Of a stretch of DNA of 64,000 nt, positions 56,426 to 64,000 are shown piece by piece. The notes beneath the pieces are model-generated. The model saw nothing but the letters and a program-made list of their open reading frames with translations. It searched no databases and was not told where the DNA came from. The position numbers were made by a program, and so were the translations under genes. How positions within the stretch are numbered: the stretch's first letter is position 1; each line of letters starts with the position of its first letter. The DNA comes from Flaccisagitta enflata (lineage: Eukaryota), in NCBI GenBank assembly GCA_965153355.1, contig OZ231126.1, forward strand, positions 44,330,001-44,394,000, written 5' to 3'.

Positions 56426-57022
56426 ACTATGGCAAAGAAAAAAAGCGAACACTTTGTTTTGCTAGTTTCTGCTCAACTATGGGCCTGAACCATAGAAAAT
56501 CCATGACCGTTTTAAAGCTCTGCAAAAAATCTTCCAAATGCGACGTTGCTGGTCATTGTAGCTTTATTCGTTTAGAAATGGCAATGGTTTGAAGAAAAAA
56601 ATCGCCGATTGAAAAAAGTGCTTATTTCAACTTTTTTCCAATGAGCGATTTTAGTCTTTCCGTTTTTGTCAATAATGCAGCTCAGGATTGTCTTAGCTAC
56701 TCGTTATCCATGAGCAAATTAAAGAGCTTCAAATTTTCTTTAAAATGGCGCCAAGAATGATTTTTTAACTCAATGCGTTTAGTTTTTATGTTAGAATAAA
56801 GATAACCCATGAAAGTGGCGTAGTGAATTTCCAAATTCTTGACCACCTGTCTTCATTCTAATGCCATTTCTAAACGGATAGAGCTAGAACATCCAGCAAG
56901 GTCTCACTTGAAAGATCTTTCGCAGATCTTTAAAATGGTCATGGATTTTGCTACGTTTTTCTCATTGCTTGTATGTGAAACATTGACAAACAAGTTGTTC
57001 GCTTTTTTTTTTTTGCCATAGT
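56426..57022. mobile_element. TA-flanked foldback MITE
   Basis: TA|ACTATGGCAAA...GCGAAC mirrored as GTTCGC...TTTGCCATAGT|TA, with inverted internal blocks. Related fragment at about 34005-34330. Confidence 0.75.
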
Positions 57023-58058
57023 TATATTGATGGTAGGAATTCCTACACATCCCCGATTTAAAAGAGCCTGATGCGCAAAAACCCCAACTGACCAATAATA
57101 TTCTACTGAGTAATGAGGAGGTGGATGTAAAACATCCCCAAATAATCTAGAATTCTAGAAAAAAAAGCTTCATTATATTCATCTAGAAGGAAGAAGAATT
57201 ATTCGAGCGCGCGGTGGAAAAAGAAAAGGAAAGAAAATTCCCTCAGTCCGATGATTTAATGGATTAATTGTTCAATGAGGCGAAACTGGTCAAGGTGAAA
57301 ACGCCAAAGATCGACCCCCGTTTCGGACAAAAACCCACGGAACGAAATGTCGATGAGGGGGGGGGGAACTGAGGAGATGAGGCGGAGGGAGGAGAGGAAG
57401 AAAAACATCGATGAGAAGGAAAAGAAAAAGAGAAGAGGAAGAAGAGAAAGAAGAAGAAGAAAAGGAAGAGAGCAAAACAAAAAAGAAGAAAAATAGAAGC
57501 AATACTTCATCTGCGTATGATAATCAAAATAACCAGATAATCGCAGTGCGGCTGTGGCAATTGAAAAAGGTTTGGTAAAGAAAGAGTGAAAGGATAAGTC
57601 AATCCATCTGAGCGAAGGTGATTGTGGCAGAAAATAATGAGACCTGTTTTTTTTTCTTCTTTTGAACTGAGCTGATGCGGCGATGGCGAGGGCAAAAAAC
57701 TAAGTTACAGCAGGGCAAGAAGCGGAAGCAGCAACGCGCGAGAGGGGGCACGCGTCATTGGCTTTGTTACGGGTCAGTAGTCCGAGGGAGGTCAGTCATG
57801 ACTGCCTCCGATCGGATGGGGAAAAAAAAGTGTTTTAAAGGATGAGAGATGGCAAATCCATAAATGCGGATGGGTAGACCGATATAAATGCGAAGATGGA
57901 TATCAATCAAGGGCATGTGAAGATGACAAACGTAATCTTGAACTTGGATCACAAGAAGACGGAACCGATTAAAAAAGGGTTGGAAAACAATCTCTGTCAC
58001 GTTTTGTCTTAGTGCAACTTCCAAGTTGTGTAGATATAACACTTACATTGCATAAAAC

Positions 58059-58338
58059 TAGGGTGGTCAATCGATAAGTGATAAACTCTAGTTTATTGCA
58101 TGAATGTACCAAATTAGACGGTTTTCCTACAAGGAGAGGTCTGAGTTTGAAGATGAAACCATGTCGGCAGAACTATAGGCTTTGTGTGGCAATGAAAAAA
58201 ATCCACATAGTAAGCCTATGGTTTTGCCGACAAGATTTCATGTTTGATCTCACACCCCAGCTTTTAAGAAATCCTTCTTTTATTGGATATTTGTGCAAAG
58301 GGCCCTAGTATATCAATATATTAAATTTGACCACCCTA
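58059..58338. mobile_element. hAT-like MITE, second copy (inverted relative to 13782-14088)
   Basis: TAGGGTGGTC/GACCACCCTA ends; flanks CATAAAAC and CTTAAAAT match at 6 of 8 positions. Confidence 0.8.
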
Positions 58339-58364
58339 CTTAAAATATCAATCATCTACACCTG

Positions 58365-59937
58365 CGTCTTTATTTTTACCTCATTAAAGCCGTGACCTAA
58401 ACAACCCCATTTCCTCTTAGCCAAGCATAATTAAATTCAATAAACGATCGTCACTTCCCAAATCACACACCCGTCCCCGGATAAAACCTTGATCACCCCT
58501 AAAATCAAGCATCTCCATCCAATTCAAAACTACCCTACCACAAATAACAAGGCCGAATACACGGCACCCTTGTCACGGACGGGTGGGCAGGGGTAGTATA
58601 ACACAAAAACGCTCCCGTTTCAAAAACGTCTTTATTTCTACCTCATTAAAGCCGTGATCTAGACACCCCCATTTCCTCTTAGCCAAGCATAATTAAATTC
58701 AATAAACCATCGTCACTTCCCAAATCACACACCCGTCCCCAGATAAAACCTTGATCACCCCTAAAATCAAGCATCTCCATCCAATTCAAAACTACCCTAC
58801 CACAAATATCAAGGCCGAATACACGGCACCCTTGTCACGGACGGGTGGGCAGGGGTAGTATAACACAAAAACGCTCCCATTTCAAAAACGTCTTTATTTC
58901 TACCTCATTAAAGCCGTGACCTAAACAACCCCATTTCCTCTTAGCCAAGCATAATTAAATTCAATAAACGATCGTCACTTCCCAAATCACACACCCATCC
59001 CCGGATAAAACCTTGATCACCCCTAAAATCAAGCATCTCCATCCAATTCAAAACTACCCTACCACAAATAACAAGGCCGAATACACGGCACCCTTGTCAC
59101 GGACGGGTGGGCAGGGGTAGTATAACACAAAAACGCTCCCGTTTCAAAAACGTCTTTATTTCTACCTCATTAAAGCCGTGATCTAGACACCCCCATTTCC
59201 TCTTAGCCAAGCATAATTAAATTCAATAAACCATCGTCACTTCCCAAATCACACACCCGTCCCCAGATAAAACCTTGATCACCCCTAAAATCAAGCATCT
59301 CCATCCAATTCAAAACTACCCTACCACAAATAACAAGGCCGAATACACGGCACCCTTGTCACGGACGGGTGGGCAGGGGTAGTATAACACAAAAACGCTC
59401 CCGTTTCAAAAACGTCTTTATTTCTACCTCATTAAAGCCGTGACCTAAACAACCCCATTTCCTCTTAGCCAAGCATAATTAAATTCAATAAACGATCGTC
59501 ACTTCCCAAATCACACACCCGTCCCCGGATAAAACCTTGATCACCCCTAAAATCAAGCATCTCCATCCAATTCAAAACTACCCTACCACAAATAACAAGG
59601 CCGAATACACGGCACCCTTGTCACGGACGGGTGGGCAGGGGTAGTATAACACAAAAACGCTCCCGTTTCAAAAACGTCTATTTCTACCTCATTAAAGTCG
59701 TGATCTAGACACCCCCATTTCCTCTTAGCCAAGCATAATTAAATTCAATAAACCATCGTCACTTCCCAAATCACACACCCGTCCCCAGATAAAACCTTGA
59801 TCACCCCTAAAATCAAGCATCTCCATCCAATTCAAAACTACCCTACCACAATTAACAAGGCCGAATACACGGCACCCTTGTCACGGACGGGTGGGCAGGG
59901 GTAGTATAACACAAAAACGCTCCCGTTTCAAAAACGT
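58365..59937. repeat. 262-bp tandem array, six copies, each with a HINE 3' end
   Basis: AAGGCCGAATACACGGC at 58549, 58811, 59073, 59335, 59597 and 59857. The last unit continues into a full HINE ending near 59996. Confidence 0.97.
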
Positions 59938-60572
59938 TACCAATGGACCGATCCACCGATCGGCATGTTAAATCCTAGAGTCGCTTGTCCGCGACTGTAA
60001 ACCTTAGTTTTCCTCACTTCTGGCTGTGCAAATAAAAGCACATCCAATAAACAGACCTTTCTTCTTCCACTCCTCCATCTTGGCACCCTAGTTTGCTCGT
60101 TCCACAATTTAGTGACAAAATCAAGCGCCTCCTCTAGCGACAAACCTAATCCACCCGATTAAAAACCCAGCCCTCTCATCACCAATCAACAACCTTAAGT
60201 TGCAAAACCAAGAACCACCAGTTCACCAACATGAAACCCTTTCCACCCGGAATTCTGGCACCCCCAATTCACAGTCCAGTCACAGAACCGAGCTCCATCA
60301 TTCACAAGAAACCCTTGTCACCCCAGCAATCTACCACTCCCGATCCACAATATAATCACAAACCCAGCACCCCCATCCGCGAAAAACCTTATTCACCCCG
60401 GCATTCAGGCACTCCCGTTCCTCACTCATCTTGTGACGTAAGTCGCGGCGAGTCTGACGCGAGCAGACGTGAAAGAAGGCTAAAAAGAGTGGCCAGGCCA
60501 GGAATGGATGAGGTCAGAATTAATAATGCGGAAGAAAGTGTTATTGTTATTTTTCTTCTTCACACAACATTT

Positions 60573-60661
<89 letters not shown>

Positions 60662-60881
60662 GTTTTCTTCTTACTTCAATATTTTTTCTCTCTAAAAAGA
60701 ATTAGAGGTGTATGAAGATAGCGAGGGATAATGAATTAAAGTGGACAAATACAAAACCAATAAGTTTTTCATTGGACACAACAAGTATCACTGGGATCTG
60801 GCCACAACGAAGCCTAGCCAAAAATATTGGATATCATGTTGAATCATATCTTCAACAAGAACATGTTCAATCGCCTGTTAC

Positions 60882-60968
<87 letters not shown>

Positions 60969-61041
60969 CCCAGATTACTGTCTCCATATCTAACTTTCTA
61001 CTCCACAAAATTCTTACAAATGAAAATTCTTGTGTCGAGAC

Positions 61042-61087
<46 letters not shown>

Positions 61088-61319
61088 AGGCCGACCTGGA
61101 GAGGGGTTGTATAAACGAACTTTTCCCCTTTGCTGCTGGCGTAAGAAGTGAGTTATGCAACACCTGGAGCCCGCGTGTGTAACACCTTGACTCCTTTTCG
61201 ATCAGTTAACAAAACATTCAACATAAGGATCAAAAGTTGAAAGGTTTTCTTTTTCGCTCCTCTCTTCTCTATCCATTCTCTCTTCAACTTTTTACACGGC
61301 AAAAACGCAAGAAGACAGT

Positions 61320-61425
<106 letters not shown>

Positions 61426-61666
61426 AACTTTTTCTCTTTCTTGACTGAACCTTTTCATATTGGAGCTAAACGCAGGAGAGAAAAACGTGGACTGAGAGAA
61501 ACGTAGTTAGAACGAAAACGAAAAACAGGAAAAGAAAGAAAAAAGTTGAAAAGATGGCGCGGTGGGAAGACACGTGGCGACGTGGTGACGTCATACCACA
61601 ACCTAAGTCGTCATGGCAACAATAGACTAGCGACTTACCCGCATAGCCGAATAGGCAGGAGAGAAT

Positions 61667-61744
<78 letters not shown>

Positions 61745-63405
61745 CAGAGAGAGAGACCGATGCAGGCACGTTTTTTTTCAGATAGACTGGTAGAGGGATA
61801 GCAAATCGAAGGACAGTAAGAAAGACAGAAAGAAATAAAGAAACGAAAAACAGATTTAGACGAGGAAAATAAAAGCAGGCTAAGGAGTGGGAGAAGTACA
61901 CACATATTTTTGCGCTTGAATGACACAAAATTCCGCTAATATGAAAACCCCCACAGTGTGAGGGTGTGAGGCCCATGGCCACGTGATAACACACAAACCA
62001 TTTAACCCCCAGTTACGTTACAAAAGATTCGATGGAAAAGCCCCACGCGGTCGTTCGCGCCGAAGCAATGATGCTCCTCGCCATAAACCTCCTCAGTCCC
62101 CTCGTTTTACCTCCGCACTTCCATAAATCCCTCTTCATCTCATTTTCTCCCTGCTCCCGACCCTTGGCTATTCTCGCCTCCCTCCCCCCCCCCCACTTAC
62201 GAACTCACACCGCCCCCCCGCCCTCCTCTTTCCTCCCCACGTGTGGCTATTATTACCCCCCACGTAAACCGTTATCTCAGATGTTTCTAGAGTTTCCCCG
62301 AAATTTCTCAGCTGAGTGGACATAACAGCGATTAACAGGAGAACGTAGGTCCAGGCGAGCGAATAAGGCGGAAGAAACGTGGCAACAAATCATCGTCTTT
62401 CTAGTTTTCTCTCTATTCTTTCATTTTTTTCTGCCTTGCTTTTTTCCAACCCTTTCTTCCTCTCTTAACTCGTTCCTCGATCTTCAAAATTATCTTAGGT
62501 TGAACTCTTTGTCTTCTCATAAGCTTTCCAGTATGCCTTGCAAGCATCCGCTGTGTGGGTCCTATTCGCCATTTTTTTCGAGGATGCGAAATCGACCAAT
62601 ATCGTGATTTCGGGGCATTACTGCCCCTACCGAATCAACTGCGAATCAGTTACGGACCTGCAGTACGCCCTCTAGCCTTCCTCGTGGGAAGATTCGTTGA
62701 AAAGCGTCACGAAACTTCATGCCGAACGTTTCTCAACGCCTCATTCGAGTGTGTCAAAATTTAAAAAACTTTTTTGATCAGATCGTCATCATCAAGGAGT
62801 GTTGGGACACTAATTTTAAGCTACTTACCATTTTTCTTTTTCTTAATTTCATTCATCTTCCGTTTTTTTTAAATCGCCATTTAGCCCCTAATTTGTATAT
62901 TGTAGTGCAGCTGGTTTTGCACCGGGATTCTTGATCATAAGAATAAAAATCAGAACCCATTTCTTATCTTATTCGTTAATCTAAAAAGAATTGGTTAAAA
63001 TATTTTACTTTTCATAAGAAGAAATAGTAATAAAAAAAACATATTTTTTTGAATAATATATCAATCTCATTTTCAACAAAACTGGGTAGAGTCGCTAAAA
63101 GTATATATATTTTTGACAATCTTTACTCGCGCTAAAAAAACGGAAGATGATTGAAATTGAAAAAAATAAAAATGGTAAGTGTCTTGTAATTAGTGTCTTC
63201 ACACTCCCTGATGATGATGAGCTGATCAAAAGACCTTTTATATATTGACACACCCGAACGCCTCATTCTTAATTCTTAACCTCTGTCTTATCTTCTCTTC
63301 GTGTATGTCTCATTTAACGTTTTGATCTGTATGTCTATCATGTGAATAAAGTGCATATAAGCGATCCAATATTGGTTGTACATCCGGTCATGTTTTTCTT
63401 TATAA

Positions 63406-63582
63406 ACAAGGCCGGATACACGGCCAATACCAGTCGCGGACGGGTGGGCAGGGGCGGAAATGCGCGTTTTCACACTTTCAAACTCGTCACCACGGACCAA
63501 CCAACCGACCAACCGACCAACCAACCAACCGACGGACGGACGGACAAAGCCTCTTATAGAGTCGCTAGTACGCGACTAAAAA
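63406..63582 (-). mobile_element. HINE-like element, group 1 (close to 3023-3188)
   Basis: ACAAGGCCGGATACACGGCCAATACCAGTCGCGGAC ... TATAGAGTCGCTAGTACGCGACTAAAAA. Confidence 0.9.
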
Positions 63583-64000
63583 CTCATAGCATTGTCCAAA
63601 TCGATTCAGCTTAGTGTCGTAACTGGCGTTTTAAGGTGGCGTGAGTCATGCTTTCTCACAATTCTTTGGTTCTCTTGTTATTTGTTACTCAATTTCTTGG
63701 TAAACAAGCAAACAAACAAAAAATGTTTAAGGATTAAGGAACTCCTTCAAAGAAGAGAGAGAGTTGTAACAAGGGCGGTAACCGTTGAAATTCACCGACT
63801 GTCAAAACTAAGAAAAAGTAACCGGTTGTTTTATGGCATTTTTTAACAGAAAAATTATCCAAAGCCTTCCTTAACCAACCAGTCATTCTTCCCCCCCCCC
63901 CATCCCCACCCTCTCTGCGTAAGACTCGTACCTCTCACAATCTGAGACGCTGGTTTTCTTCAACCATTAATCCCTTGATGCCCAGGCCTCCCTCTCTTCG

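Noticed and set aside
58365..59937. Regularly spaced hairpin repeats resembling a CRISPR array
   Set aside because: The intervening sequences are near-identical rather than unique spacers; no cas genes; eukaryotic context.
60231..60520. Pro/Ser-rich ORF
   Set aside because: Overlies a degenerate repeat of about 75-bp period (AAACC...CACCC) and runs into a CT microsatellite; no splice support.
63193..63240. CTGATGA core suggesting a hammerhead ribozyme
   Set aside because: No GAAA core after stem II and no stem I pairing found.

Overview
Repeat-rich eukaryotic (probably invertebrate animal) genomic DNA; the species cannot be determined from the sequence. The only supported coding sequence is two minus-strand exons (3401-3216 and 2066-1, the latter a 688-codon stop-free frame absent from the ORF track). 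They encode a low-complexity Q/S/A-rich protein with a pure 32-CAA polyQ, a PKKK basic patch and an IIDLT SUMO-interaction-like motif. The rest is non-coding. It holds dozens of (GA)n and other microsatellites, which account for almost all listed ORFs, and more than 25 non-autonomous Helentron-type (HINE/DINE-1-like) elements in three structural groups. It also holds several TA-flanked foldback MITEs, two hAT-like MITEs, a 4.5-kb element with long TIRs and a 9-bp TSD, three tandem arrays tied to HINEs, a probable decayed plus-strand exon and several promoter-like motif clusters. No RNA gene, CRISPR array or transposase ORF was seen. I found no clearly new biological system. The most notable signals are co-varying HINE termini, HINEs that carry or seed satellites, and CpG decay in older repeat copies. 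All alignments were done by eye.
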